Shown here: piece after piece, positions 37,598-47,740 of the stretch
Numbering within the stretch: the stretch's first letter is position 1
Layout of the letters: each line of letters starts with the position of its first letter
Assembly (NCBI GenBank): GCA_900770525.1
Contig: CAAHDT010000010.1
Span: 8,679-72,678, forward strand
Direction: 5' to 3'
DNA: 64,000 nucleotides
DNA from: Candidatus Gastranaerophilales bacterium
Lineage (GTDB): Bacteria > Cyanobacteriota > Vampirovibrionia > Gastranaerophilales > Gastranaerophilaceae
Program-made: the position numbers and the translations under genes
The notes under the pieces: model-generated
Databases searched by the model: none
Told to the model about the DNA's origin: nothing
What the model saw: only the letters and a program-made list of their open reading frames with translations

Positions 37598-38569
37598 ATG
37601 GGTTTACTTATTTTAATTTTATTGGTTGCATTAATAATTTATGTAGCCAAGGGTATCGTAATCGTTCAACAGCAACAAGAAGTTATTATTGAACGTATGG
37701 GGCGTTATGAAAAAACACTTTCAGCAGGATTGAATTTTATATTTCCAATTCTTGAAGCCCCTCGTGGAATTTTAACAAAACAAGTTCAGCGTGGATTTGA
37801 TGGTCAGTCTTATTATACATTGAAGCTTGCGGATAGAATTGACAAACGTGAACAAATGTATGATTTCCCTCGTCAAAATGTTATCACTGAAGATAACGTA
37901 TCAATCACAATTAATGCACTTATCTACTTCCAAATTGTAGATTCTCAAAGAGCAGTTTACGAAATTGCAAACTTGCCTGAAGCAATCGAAAAACTTACTC
38001 AAACTAACTTGAGAAACCTTGTAGGGCAAATGGACTTGCAAAAGACATTGACTTCTCGTAACACAATTAACACAGAACTTCGTACAATATTGGATGAAGC
38101 AACAAATAAATGGGGTGTAAAAGTTAACCGTGTAGAAATTCAAGATATTTTCCCTCCTGCAGACATTCAAGCTTCTATGGATAAATTGATGAAAGCAGAT
38201 AGAGAAAAAACTGCGACTATTACAGAAGCAGAAGGGTTGAAGCAAGCTGCTATCAGAAAAGCAGAAGGTGAAAAAGAAGCTGCAATCCGTTCTGCAGAAG
38301 GTGAAAAACAAGCAGAAATCTTAAGGGCAGAAGGTGTTGCTCAAGCTCGTATTATTGAAGCTAATGCTGAAAAAGAAGCTATCGGTAGAATTATTGATGC
38401 CCTAGCTGATAAAGGGCAACCGGACAAATACCTTATCGCGATGAAATATCTTGAAACTCTCAGTGATATTACTAAAGGTGATAACAACAAAGTTGTTTAT
38501 ATGCCATATGAAGCAACAGGTATTCTTTCTTCTGTTGATGGTATTAAACAAATGTTTGACAAAAAGTAA
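37598..38569 (+). CDS. SPFH/band-7 domain protein (stomatin/YqiK-like)
   Basis: N-terminal TM helix, the SPFH core (NVITEDNVSITINALIYFQIVD...LRNLVGQMDL) and a C-terminal Ala/Glu-rich repeat (AEGEKEAAIRSAEGEKQAEILRAEG). Confidence 0.8.
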   Translation: MGLLILILLVALIIYVAKGIVIVQQQQEVIIERMGRYEKTLSAGLNFIFPILEAPRGILTKQVQRGFDGQSYYTLKLADRIDKREQMYDFPRQNVITEDNVSITINALIYFQIVDSQRAVYEIANLPEAIEKLTQTNLRNLVGQMDLQKTLTSRNTINTELRTILDEATNKWGVKVNRVEIQDIFPPADIQASMDKLMKADREKTATITEAEGLKQAAIRKAEGEKEAAIRSAEGEKQAEILRAEGVAQARIIEANAEKEAIGRIIDALADKGQPDKYLIAMKYLETLSDITKGDNNKVVYMPYEATGILSSVDGIKQMFDKK

Positions 38570-38595
38570 TGTTATTTATAACCAATATAAGTCTA

Positions 38596-38630
38596 AAGGC
38601 GAAAACCAAATGGTTTTCGCCTTTTTTAAT
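38596..38630 (+). terminator. Rho-independent terminator after the SPFH gene
   Basis: AAAGGCGAAAACCA-AAT-GGTTTTCGCCTTT followed by T5. Confidence 0.55.
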
Positions 38631-38657
38631 GCTCAAAATGCTCAAAAAAAATAAAAA

Positions 38658-39437
38658 TTATTTTATTTCTTTTTGATAGGCCCAAGCCGAATGATTATGA
38701 ATGCTTTCAAAAGCCTCACAATCAACTTCAAATTCTTTTACAATGGGGTGGTTTCGCAGTTTTACAACAACGTCACGCAATACGTCCTCTACAAATTTGG
38801 GATTGTCCCAAGCTTTTTCGGTTACAAATTTTTCATCTTCACGTTTTAATAGAGGATAAACAGGACAAGATGCACAACTTTCAATAAGTTCAATTAAGTC
38901 TTCCAACCAAATGTGCTTGTCTTCGTCATAAGACACTTTTACCGTAATAAAGGCTCTTTGGTTATGTGCCCCATTGTCGGAAATTTCCTTCGAGCAAGGG
39001 CACAAGGTCGTTACCGGAACCTGAACTCCTAAGAAAAATTTGTAATCATCTCCTTCAATTACTCCTTCAAATGAGCAATCATAGCTCATTTGCGCAGGCA
39101 ACTTTGTTACCGGAGATTTTTTTTCTAAGAAATATTTGAAATTAAATTCTAATTCTCCGCTTTGCGCGTCTAAGTTTTTAATAATCTTTTCAAGACACCC
39201 CTTGATATCTACCCCAAGAAGATTTCTTGTTTGCCATTCATTGAGCACTTCAACAAAACGTGACATATGTGTCCCTTTGTAATCTCTCGGCAATGAGACG
39301 CTAACTCTTGCACTTGCGCTCACAACCTGATTAGACTTGTTTTTTCGTTGAATAATTAGTGGTAAATCAAGATTTTTTATCCCAACTTTCTGGATATCAA
39401 CATTTCTTGTATCTTTAGAATTTTGAACATCTTTCAT
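38658..39437 (-). CDS. folE2: GTP cyclohydrolase FolE2/MptA
   Basis: 259 aa. DIQKVGIKNLDLPL and GTHMSRF are motifs characteristic of FolE2. Confidence 0.7.
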   Translation of the reverse strand: MKDVQNSKDTRNVDIQKVGIKNLDLPLIIQRKNKSNQVVSASARVSVSLPRDYKGTHMSRFVEVLNEWQTRNLLGVDIKGCLEKIIKNLDAQSGELEFNFKYFLEKKSPVTKLPAQMSYDCSFEGVIEGDDYKFFLGVQVPVTTLCPCSKEISDNGAHNQRAFITVKVSYDEDKHIWLEDLIELIESCASCPVYPLLKREDEKFVTEKAWDNPKFVEDVLRDVVVKLRNHPIVKEFEVDCEAFESIHNHSAWAYQKEIK

Positions 39438-39585
39438 TTTTGATTACGCCCTTTGTAAAGTTTTATTACAAACTTGATTAAAAAATAGCAATTTTTTTAA
39501 TCTGTTTTACTTTATATAAACATAAAGCTCTCTCTTCTTATTTAAACGGATAGGCCTTGAAAAAGATTCAAGGTCTTTTTTTTAT

Positions 39586-40044
39586 CTATTTATGACAAGC
39601 TTTAGCTTCATCAAGTTGTGCTCTGATTTTTAGATATCTGTCAAGTTCAACTCTCAACTTTTTCAAATCCATATAGATTGAATTGTTTAGTAAAAATCTG
39701 TTGTCATATTTAGGGTCAATAATGTACATTGTAGGGAAACCTGATAATGCAACATCTTGAACCAAATCTTGGTGTTCAGGATCTTCCGCGTTAATCATCA
39801 CAATATCATACTTGTTTTTGTATAAATTGCTGACAGTTTTGAATTTTGGCATAAATCTCAGACAATATCCACACCAATCAACGTAAAATAAAGCAATAAC
39901 AGGTTTTTCTGATTGCATTGCCTCATCATAAGAAACACCTATTTTATAATCTGACGGAACATGCTTTTTAGTCGCAACGTTAACTGCGTAAGCTCCGGCA
40001 ATAGTAAATGCTAAGATAATTACAGCTATTAAAAGTTTTTTCAT
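39586..40044 (-). CDS. Thioredoxin-fold thiol:disulfide oxidoreductase (TlpA-like), secreted or membrane-anchored
   Basis: Signal peptide MKKLLIAVIILAFTIAGAYA and a WCGYC active site. Confidence 0.65.
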   Translation of the reverse strand: MKKLLIAVIILAFTIAGAYAVNVATKKHVPSDYKIGVSYDEAMQSEKPVIALFYVDWCGYCLRFMPKFKTVSNLYKNKYDIVMINAEDPEHQDLVQDVALSGFPTMYIIDPKYDNRFLLNNSIYMDLKKLRVELDRYLKIRAQLDEAKACHK

Positions 40045-40142
40045 AATTCTTCTCCTCTCCAGAATTATAGCGCAAACAAGGTTCCTCGGAAATTCCTGCC
40101 GGAAAATAAAATTCATATAATTAATAAAACTTAATACATGAC

Positions 40143-40171
40143 TTGAAAAAGTATATATTATGATATATACT
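40143..40171 (+). promoter_or_regulatory. Sigma70-type promoter TTGAAA-17nt-TATACT upstream of the sigma factor gene
   Basis: -35 TTGAAA at 40143-40148 and -10 TATACT at 40166-40171. GAGAGGGAG RBS at 40233-40241. Confidence 0.4.
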
Positions 40172-40252
40172 AAGTATATATTTAGTCGTGTCTATTTCGT
40201 GTTACATTTTTAAGTTCTTATTTCGCAAAGAAATGAGAGGGAGTTTAACGTT

Positions 40253-41167
40253 ATGAGTAAAAATACCCCAATCAAAATGAAGAAAACATCTTCAAAGTCT
40301 GATCCAGCAAAGTATGAAGTTTTGCAAGCAAGTAATGACAGTCTTTTACAAAATTATTTAAAAGAAATTGCCAATTATCCTTCTTTGTCATCAAAAGAAG
40401 AAAAAGAAATTGCAAAACTTGCAAGTGAAGGAAATGCAGAAGCTAAACAAAAATTAATTCAAGTAAACTTAAAGCTTGTTGTTTGTATTGCGAAAAAAGC
40501 AATTCATGTATCAGGTATTCCTGTAATAGATTTAATTCAAGAGGGAAACCTTGGGTTAATGATTGCTGCTGAAAAATTTAATTACAAACTCGGTTATAAA
40601 TTTGCGACATATGCAAGCTGGTGGATTAAACAATCTATGTTTAAGGCTATTTCAGAACAATCTCACTGTATGAAAATTCCGGTATACATCCAAGAAACTT
40701 TATCAAAATTTTCTAAAATTAAGTCTGTAATGGAAAAAGAAACGAACGGACAAGTTAAAACGCAAGATGTTGCAAAAAAAATGAATATTGCGCCGGACAA
40801 AATTGAAAAATTCTTATCAGCGTACACTAAAACTATATCCATTGAGAGTGGATTGGAGCGTGAAAACGGCAAGGACATGAATATTGCAGATATTTTGGAA
40901 GATGACAAGGCTTCTGCAACCTCAGAGGTTGAATACCAAAACTTGCAAACAGATATAGAAATGGTTATTTCAACCTTAAAAGAAAGAGAACAAGAAGTTG
41001 TAAGGATGAGATACGGGCTTGGGGATGCAACCAAGAGAACTCTTGAAGAAATTGGAAATATTTATGGTGTAACAAAAGAATGTATTCGTCAAACTGAGAT
41101 GAGAGCGTTAAAAAAAATTAGAGCATCCGCGTTAGGACAAGAGATTCTATCCGGATATATAGGCTAA
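40253..41167 (+). CDS. RNA polymerase sigma-70 family factor (RpoD/SigA-like, lacking region 1.1)
   Basis: Region 2 (DLIQEGNLGLMIAAEKFNYKLGYKFATYASWWIKQSMF), region 3 and region 4 (EVVRMRYGL...TLEEIGNIYGVTKECIRQTEMRALKKIR). Confidence 0.8.
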   Translation: MSKNTPIKMKKTSSKSDPAKYEVLQASNDSLLQNYLKEIANYPSLSSKEEKEIAKLASEGNAEAKQKLIQVNLKLVVCIAKKAIHVSGIPVIDLIQEGNLGLMIAAEKFNYKLGYKFATYASWWIKQSMFKAISEQSHCMKIPVYIQETLSKFSKIKSVMEKETNGQVKTQDVAKKMNIAPDKIEKFLSAYTKTISIESGLERENGKDMNIADILEDDKASATSEVEYQNLQTDIEMVISTLKEREQEVVRMRYGLGDATKRTLEEIGNIYGVTKECIRQTEMRALKKIRASALGQEILSGYIG

Positions 41168-41307
41168 GTCGTTAAGGGTAGTTGTTAAATTCCTCGTATT
41201 TATTATGTTAATAGGTTTTGAAAGCGGACTTTAAAGGTTCGCTTTTTGTTTTATATTTTCCTATAAATAGATGTTTACTTTTTCTTAAAAACAATTAAGA
41301 TATAGCT

Positions 41308-41844
41308 ATGAGAAAGTTTTTGAGTTTAATATTTTCTATACTAATTTTGTCAAACATTCCAACCTTTGCGGAAGGTGATTTATGGGATAATTTTGGTGAC
41401 CAAAATTATTACGGGAACAAAGGAGCTGTATCTGATGAAGAGTTTGACAAAGCTATAGAAAGCAAAAAAAGAGAAAAACCGCCTAAAAAAATGAAAGGGG
41501 AGAGCATTCAACAAAGTGACGAAACAAATGCAATAAATCAAATTCCCAAAGAACTTCCCGTTGTATGTATATCGACCCCGATACAAATAAATGAAGATGC
41601 TGTTTTACCAATCGGGCATTATCAAGTCGTAGGTGAAAAACGAGGTGATAAAATATACTTGAAATTATACCAAGGACATTATTTGATGGCTGAATTTGAG
41701 GCGGAAGAAACATTGGAAGATTTTAATGAACCGGAAGTTTCTTTTGTTAACTTTATAACAGATAAAGATAACAAGTTAAAAATAATTTTTGGTTCAATAG
41801 ATTTTAATGCTTTTGCTACTGTAAATCCGGCTCAGCCTGACTAA
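41308..41844 (+). CDS. Hypothetical secreted protein
   Basis: Signal peptide MRKFLSLIFSILILSNIPTFA. No known domain. Confidence 0.45.
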   Translation: MRKFLSLIFSILILSNIPTFAEGDLWDNFGDQNYYGNKGAVSDEEFDKAIESKKREKPPKKMKGESIQQSDETNAINQIPKELPVVCISTPIQINEDAVLPIGHYQVVGEKRGDKIYLKLYQGHYLMAEFEAEETLEDFNEPEVSFVNFITDKDNKLKIIFGSIDFNAFATVNPAQPD

Positions 41845-43304
41845 ACCTTTATTGACCAGAAGTCTTTTTGACACATAACTAAAAATGGAATGAGTTCAAG
41901 ACGTCCGACTATCATATTGAATATTAAAATTAATTTAGTTGATGAGTGCATAAAGTCGAAAGATTCCATTGGACCAATTGTACCAAAGCCGGGACCTATA
42001 TTACCTAATGCTGTAATAGTCGAAGTTAATCCGAGAGTATGGTTTTGTTCTATTAAGGTTACTGTTATGGCTGTAATTGCATAAATCATAAAATAGAAAA
42101 ATACGAATACCACAACTTGTCTTATAACTTCTGGTGGAACTACAGAATTATCAATTTTAACATTTAGCACGGCATTAGGGTGTAGTATTTTAACAATTTC
42201 ATTTTTCATTGTTTTGAATACAAGGAGCCATCTTGTCATTTTAATACCACCTCCGGCTGAACTTGCACAAGAGCCAAAAAACATGACAATAAACAAAAGT
42301 ATTTGTGCAGAATAACTCCATTTTGTAAAATCAACACTTGCAGCTCCCGTGGATGTCATTAAGCTTACAACCTGAAACGCAGAGTGTCTTAACGCATCTC
42401 CTATATTGTAATTGTGTGTAATGATAAGCATTGTTGCTATCATTAATGAGGCACACATAACAACAGAAAAGTATAAATTAAATTCTTCACTCTTAAAAAG
42501 TAATAAAGGATTACGTTTTTGTATGACTTTATACTGAAGATTAAAACTTGCGCCTGCAAAAAACATAAAAATAAAAATTAACCATGTCGCACATGGCAAG
42601 TGATATCCCATAATACTTTGCGGATTTGGAGAAAAACCTCCGGCTGAAAGTGTTGATAATGCATTGCAAATAGAATCAAAAATTGGCATTCCAACGATTA
42701 TTAACAAAACGGCGAGTAAAATTGTTAGCCCTAAATACAATTTCCATAATGTAGAAGCTGTATTTCGAATTCTTGGAGTAAACTTATCTTCGGTAGGTCC
42801 TGGAGCTTCTGCAAAAAACATTTGGCGTCCAGCAACGGCAAATTGAGGTAATATCGCTACAAATAGTACGATTATTCCTAAACCGCCTAACCATTGAGTC
42901 AAGCTTCTCCAGAAAAATAAAGCTTTCGGGTAGTCAAAGTTCGTAAAAATAGTTGCGCCTGTAGTTGTTATTCCTGATGTTGCTTCAAATAGTGCATTAA
43001 TGAACGAAAAATTGTAGAACAAATAAGGAATAGCTGCCAAAAAAGCAAAAACAATCCAAGAAGAAGCGACTATAAATAACGCTTCTGATTTTTTTATGTC
43101 ATTTAAATTTTCCAGTTTTGCTGTTTGGGGATAAATTTTTCTTATTAAATATCCAAGTCCGGCAGAAAATATAGCCGCAGTAATGAATGGTGTAATAGAA
43201 CTCTTATCGTGATAAACAAGGGCGATTAATATCGGTAAAAACAGGAAAATCCCTGTATACATCATCATAAGGCTTATAGCTTTTAGTATATAACTTAATC
43301 TCAT
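41841..43304 (-). CDS. trkH: Trk/Ktr-family potassium uptake membrane subunit (TrkH/KtrB)
   Basis: 487 aa. Repeated M1-P-M2 units with the selectivity-filter-like motifs TSGITTTGAT, LSAGGFSP and TSTGAAS. Confidence 0.8.
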   Translation of the reverse strand: MRLSYILKAISLMMMYTGIFLFLPILIALVYHDKSSITPFITAAIFSAGLGYLIRKIYPQTAKLENLNDIKKSEALFIVASSWIVFAFLAAIPYLFYNFSFINALFEATSGITTTGATIFTNFDYPKALFFWRSLTQWLGGLGIIVLFVAILPQFAVAGRQMFFAEAPGPTEDKFTPRIRNTASTLWKLYLGLTILLAVLLIIVGMPIFDSICNALSTLSAGGFSPNPQSIMGYHLPCATWLIFIFMFFAGASFNLQYKVIQKRNPLLLFKSEEFNLYFSVVMCASLMIATMLIITHNYNIGDALRHSAFQVVSLMTSTGAASVDFTKWSYSAQILLFIVMFFGSCASSAGGGIKMTRWLLVFKTMKNEIVKILHPNAVLNVKIDNSVVPPEVIRQVVVFVFFYFMIYAITAITVTLIEQNHTLGLTSTITALGNIGPGFGTIGPMESFDFMHSSTKLILIFNMIVGRLELIPFLVMCQKDFWSIKV

Positions 43305-43305
43305 C

Positions 43306-44646
43306 CTACTTTACCTTAAAAAATTCCTTTAAAATGTTTGCATCTTCTGATTTTACAAATGTTATCAAAATATCATCAGTTTTGATTTCCGTATCACCTT
43401 TTGGGATTATAACCTTATTTTTCCGTTGTATAACACCGATAATAGCAGCTACCGGAATTTTTAAATCCATTATCTTTTTAGAGTCAAATTCTTCTTTTAC
43501 GCCAATTTCTAACAATTCTGCCTGACCTTGTTCGACTGTTGCTAAGATATCTACATCATTTTCTGCTAAATCATTTCTAACCTCATTGATAGCTGAATTT
43601 TTAGGAGATATGGCAACATCAATTCCTACTTTCTCAAAAAGTGGAATGTTTAAAACTTTTGAAACTCTTGAAATTACACGTTTTACGCCTAATTGTTTTG
43701 CCAATAACGAACATAGTAAATTACGTTCATCATTGTTGGTAACACTGATAACGACATCGCAACTTCCGATTTGTTCTTCATCCAATAATTGTAAATTGGT
43801 TCCGTCACCATTTATAACAAGTGCATTCGACAATTGCTGTGATATAAATTCGCATCTTGTATAATTTTTTTCAATTATTTTTGTTTTTACGTTTAATGAC
43901 TCAAGACTTTGAGCAAGCATAAAACCAACTGTGCCTCCTCCAATTATTGCAACGGATTTGACGTATTCTTTTTCGTGGAAAAAAGTACCGGCAAGAATAT
44001 CCAAGGAATGGGACGTTCCCATAAATATTAACTTGTCCTCAGAACGAAGAACTGTATCCCCATTTGGAATAAACAACTCCCCATTTCGTGTGATTCCTAC
44101 AATTAAGGTGTCGTTGGTAAAACGGCAGTCTTTAACTTTTTTATCAACTATGGATAAGTGTGGGGCAAGTTTGTATTCCAAAAGTCGAGCTCTTCCGTCT
44201 GCAAAATTTTCAACATCAAGCGCTCTTGCAACTGTTACAATTCTGAAAATTTCTTGAGTCAGTAGTTCTTCCGGCCAAATAATATAGTCAATAAAAAAGT
44301 CGCCGCAAAGTCCGTTGTTTTTTTCAAAATATAAAGTGTTTTTATATTCTTCTTTTGATACAAAGCATATGGTTCTTATTCCGCCAACTTTTTTAGCTGA
44401 TAAACAGGCAACAATATTGGCTTCATCTAAGGGGGTACATGCAATAAAAATATCCGTATTGTAAATGTCTGCTTTTTTAAGAACATTCATATCGCAAGCG
44501 TTTCCTTGAACAAAACTTATGTCCAATTTGGAAAATTCTTCGTTGCGATTTTCCTCTTTGTCAATAATCGTAATGTCGTGATCTTCAAAAAATTCTGTTG
44601 CAAGTAAACAGCCTACTTCTGTAGCACCAAAAATAATAATTTTCAT
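43306..44646 (-). CDS. trkA: Trk system NAD-binding subunit TrkA (two RCK/KTN domains)
   Basis: MKIIIFGATEVG and IAIIGGGTVG Rossmann motifs. 446 aa. Sits directly upstream of trkH. Confidence 0.8.
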   Translation of the reverse strand: MKIIIFGATEVGCLLATEFFEDHDITIIDKEENRNEEFSKLDISFVQGNACDMNVLKKADIYNTDIFIACTPLDEANIVACLSAKKVGGIRTICFVSKEEYKNTLYFEKNNGLCGDFFIDYIIWPEELLTQEIFRIVTVARALDVENFADGRARLLEYKLAPHLSIVDKKVKDCRFTNDTLIVGITRNGELFIPNGDTVLRSEDKLIFMGTSHSLDILAGTFFHEKEYVKSVAIIGGGTVGFMLAQSLESLNVKTKIIEKNYTRCEFISQQLSNALVINGDGTNLQLLDEEQIGSCDVVISVTNNDERNLLCSLLAKQLGVKRVISRVSKVLNIPLFEKVGIDVAISPKNSAINEVRNDLAENDVDILATVEQGQAELLEIGVKEEFDSKKIMDLKIPVAAIIGVIQRKNKVIIPKGDTEIKTDDILITFVKSEDANILKEFFKVK

Positions 44647-44659
44647 ACAACCGTATCCT

Positions 44660-44932
44660 TTATATTGCCAGTGTACTCAGTAGCATTAATACTATATTTT
44701 GAACTAATCCGAGAACAATTATAGCAACAATTGGCGAAATATCAATCATTCCGATAGGAGGAATAAATCTTCTGAATAAGTTAAGATAAGCATCCGTAAT
44801 TTGCCTAATTGTAAAGAACGGTTGTTTATACCAGTCAATTGTCGGAATAAAACTTAAAAAGCATCTGATTAAAATCATCAAATAAAACAGTGAAAAGATA
44901 CTGTTTACACCACTGATTATACCTTTAATCAT
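44660..44932 (-). CDS. yggT: YggT-family membrane protein
   Basis: 90 aa with two TM helices. The sequence is YggT/Ycf19-like (FIPTIDWY...FIPPIGMIDISPIVAII). Confidence 0.6.
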   Translation of the reverse strand: MIKGIISGVNSIFSLFYLMILIRCFLSFIPTIDWYKQPFFTIRQITDAYLNLFRRFIPPIGMIDISPIVAIIVLGLVQNIVLMLLSTLAI

Positions 44933-44945
44933 CTACCCTCCTCTC

Positions 44946-45749
44946 TTATAGTTGAGAATTTTTCTTAGTATTAGCACAATCACAGTGTGAGCGCTCTGCC
45001 GGAATTTTTTCAATCATCTTGAACAACAAGCTCTTAAGATTTTCAACGTTAGAATTGAATACCTTGATTACGTCTTGGTGAGAAACTGGAGGGACATCTC
45101 CAACAAGTCCAGCATCATAGTCGGTAACAAGTGTAATATTTAATGGGCACATATCCAATTCTTTAACAAGGTAATTTTCAGGGAAAGCAGACATATTTAC
45201 AACTGTCCATCCTTGGTTTGTAAAGAACTTGGATTCCGCTTTAGTTGAAAAACGAGGGCCGTTAATAACAACGATTGTGCCTTCTTCGTGAACTGTTATT
45301 CCCAATTCTTTTGCAGTATCAATTGCCAAACTTCTCAATTCAGGGCAATACGTTTCCGCAGGAGATGGGTGAGTTACGATAGGTCCTTCATAAAATGTAG
45401 ACTTTCTGCCGTCTGTCCAGTCTACGAATTGGTCACAAATAACAAAGTCGCCCGGTTTTACATCTTTTTGTAAACTGCCTGAAGCGCAAGGAGAAATAAC
45501 TCTCTCAACTCCGATAGATTTCATAGCCCAAACGTTTGCTCTGTAATTGATTAAATGAGGCAAAATAGTATGATTTCTACCGTGACGAGGCATAAAAGCA
45601 ACTTTATGTTCGCCGATTTGTCCAAGAAAAATATTATCACTTGGCATCCCATATGGTGTTTCAACTTTTATTTCTTCAATATTGTCAAGAAATTTATAAA
45701 ATCCAGAACCGCCAAACACACCAATAGTCGCTAACTGTTTATTCGTCAT
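44946..45749 (-). CDS. mtnP: 5'-methylthioadenosine / purine nucleoside phosphorylase (PNP/MTAP family)
   Basis: ATG at 45749 with an AAGGAGAT SD. IGVFGGSGFY is the phosphate-binding motif. The ORF track's 49-aa N-terminal extension has no RBS and looks spurious. Confidence 0.75.
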   Translation of the reverse strand: MTNKQLATIGVFGGSGFYKFLDNIEEIKVETPYGMPSDNIFLGQIGEHKVAFMPRHGRNHTILPHLINYRANVWAMKSIGVERVISPCASGSLQKDVKPGDFVICDQFVDWTDGRKSTFYEGPIVTHPSPAETYCPELRSLAIDTAKELGITVHEEGTIVVINGPRFSTKAESKFFTNQGWTVVNMSAFPENYLVKELDMCPLNITLVTDYDAGLVGDVPPVSHQDVIKVFNSNVENLKSLLFKMIEKIPAERSHCDCANTKKNSQL

Positions 45750-45892
45750 TATTATCTCCTTTTCGTTAAAATCTGATACAGTGATACTAGCAAAAACAAA
45801 AAGATTATGCAAATTAGCATAATCTTTTGTATTAAACTTAAAAAAAAGAGCCGTTAGGAGCTCGGCTCTACCAGTGTTTTGTTTTCCTGCCA

Positions 45893-46720
45893 TCATGCTT
45901 TATGAGCAGCAGGGGTTAAATGTGCTGCCAGTAAGGTAGTGAAACCGCCCAATATTGCAGCTCCCGTTAAAGCAGATTTGGTTCTCGCCCTAGGCAGAAA
46001 TTCTTTTATAGCGCTATAACTTTTCAACAAACTTTTATCATTAGACAAATCGAACAATTTTGTTGAAGATATAGTTCTTCTTTGTGCCAATGCTACGATA
46101 AAATTGTTATACGCTTCTTTAACTTTTACCCATTTGGTCGGGTTACTCTTAATATTATATAATCTCTCATCATACAAATTTTTAACAGCATTGGTATAAT
46201 GCTCCAATTTTGCACCTATTGATGTTTTAGCTGCTGCTAACGCTTCATTTTTTACGGATAAGACCTGTTTCAATACTTCATTGTTTGGTGAATTTTTTAC
46301 TGCGGCTTTTGCTGCTCTGTATTCTTTGTTCAATTCAATGTAATTTGCTTCTCGAACGGCATTTTTAACATCCGCACGAGTTCGAACGTATGTGTCGTAT
46401 ACCTCTTGCGGAACTTCAACTTTTTTAAACTCTCTGTACCAATTTTTGGCTGCAGCTCTGACGTCATCAATGTTTTCTAACCTTGATTTCCGATAATCTT
46501 TCCGAGCCTCGTAAAGACTATCCAATGCTTGTTTCTCTTTGGTGTTCATTTGTTTAATGACATCATTTGAATAAATTTTGTCAAACCTATCTTGATTTAA
46601 TAAAATCAATCTCTTCAAGGAATATTTTCTTGGTGCCATAACATAGCCAAGCCCAAGACCTGCAACAGCTCCCGCAAACGGTTCAATGACAGGGTTGACC
46701 GACAAGGAATTCTCACTCAT
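45893..46720 (-). CDS. Hypothetical Lys/Ala-rich protein with hydrophobic glycine-zipper termini
   Basis: 275 aa with AGAVAGLGLGYVMA near the N-terminus, ALTGAAILGGFTTLLAA near the C-terminus and a long charged helical middle. Confidence 0.4.
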   Translation of the reverse strand: MSENSLSVNPVIEPFAGAVAGLGLGYVMAPRKYSLKRLILLNQDRFDKIYSNDVIKQMNTKEKQALDSLYEARKDYRKSRLENIDDVRAAAKNWYREFKKVEVPQEVYDTYVRTRADVKNAVREANYIELNKEYRAAKAAVKNSPNNEVLKQVLSVKNEALAAAKTSIGAKLEHYTNAVKNLYDERLYNIKSNPTKWVKVKEAYNNFIVALAQRRTISSTKLFDLSNDKSLLKSYSAIKEFLPRARTKSALTGAAILGGFTTLLAAHLTPAAHKA

Positions 46721-46869
46721 AGGTTCCTCCTTTACTCTATTCTCTTTTAACTCCTAAACTTGTCCACAGTTTAACTCTTAAAAATATTTTTTGTTATATT
46801 TTATAACAAATCTTTACAATTATTAACATTTGTGCTAATATTGGTATAAATAAAGGAATTGGAGGCATT

Positions 46870-47739
46870 ATGGAACCGCTTATATCGATTATAACACCAA
46901 CCTACAACATTATAGAAAACGGCTTAACTGACGAATTTAACCTGCTTGTAAATTTATTGGACAAGCAAACTTATCCTAATGTTGAACATATAATAATTGA
47001 TAAAGCTTCTACTGATGACACCCAGCTTTTATTGAAAGATTATAAAAACAAAGGATATATTCACTTCTTTTCAGAACCTGATAGTGGCAAATATCAAGCC
47101 TTAAATAAAGGGATTATGCACGCAAAGGGTAAATATATCGCTTTTGTAAGTTGTGACGACTTTTTCCATGATATTACGGGGATTGCGGAAGTAATTGAGC
47201 TAATGGAAGAAAACAATGCGGACTTTTCATTTGCACCTGCATATTGCATTCATCCTGAAGGTTTTGTATTTTTATTTGAACCTGCAATTTACAATGCGTT
47301 TCAAGTAATGCCTTGCTCAAGACAGGCAATGTTTTTCAAAAAATCAGTACTTGAAAAAGAAGGCTATTTTGACGAAAAATTCAAAATAATGGGCGATTTT
47401 GATATGATTATGCGCCTTATGCTAAAACGCTATAAACCATTGAGGATAGCTAAAAATTATACAACTTACAGGTTAAGTGAAAAGACTATGAGTTATCCGG
47501 AAAGAGCGGAAGCAGAATGTCGTGCTATTTATATCAAAAATTTCAGAAATATATTCCAACTTACAAACCCAATTGTGGATAATATCGTTAAGTACTCGGA
47601 ATTTCCACCGGCTTTACTTGAAAAACTGTCTGCATTTTATCCGCCGGAGGATAAGCAGTTATTTATGGATGCTTGCGAAGAAATGCACCAATTAAGAGTT
47701 GAAGCTCAAAAAGCTAACAATCCACAAGCGGCTCAATAG
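46870..47739 (+). CDS. Family 2 glycosyltransferase
   Basis: ISIITPTYN...IIIDKASTDDT is the GT-A N-terminus. SCDD is the DxD-equivalent motif. Confidence 0.7.
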   Translation: MEPLISIITPTYNIIENGLTDEFNLLVNLLDKQTYPNVEHIIIDKASTDDTQLLLKDYKNKGYIHFFSEPDSGKYQALNKGIMHAKGKYIAFVSCDDFFHDITGIAEVIELMEENNADFSFAPAYCIHPEGFVFLFEPAIYNAFQVMPCSRQAMFFKKSVLEKEGYFDEKFKIMGDFDMIMRLMLKRYKPLRIAKNYTTYRLSEKTMSYPERAEAECRAIYIKNFRNIFQLTNPIVDNIVKYSEFPPALLEKLSAFYPPEDKQLFMDACEEMHQLRVEAQKANNPQAAQ

Positions 47740-47740
47740 G

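Noticed and set aside
39438-39585. Hairpin CCTTGAA-AAAGAT-TTCAAGG followed by T8 between folE2 and the thioredoxin-like gene, considered as a terminator
   Set aside because: The T-run is on the plus strand, but both flanking genes are on the minus strand. The orientation does not fit a terminator for either gene, so its function is unclear and it was not called.
45750-45896. N-terminal 49-aa extension of the nucleoside phosphorylase ORF
   Set aside because: The internal ATG at 45749 is preceded by a strong AAGGAGAT SD and yields a canonical PNP/MTAP N-terminus. The extension has no RBS and would overlap the upstream gene.
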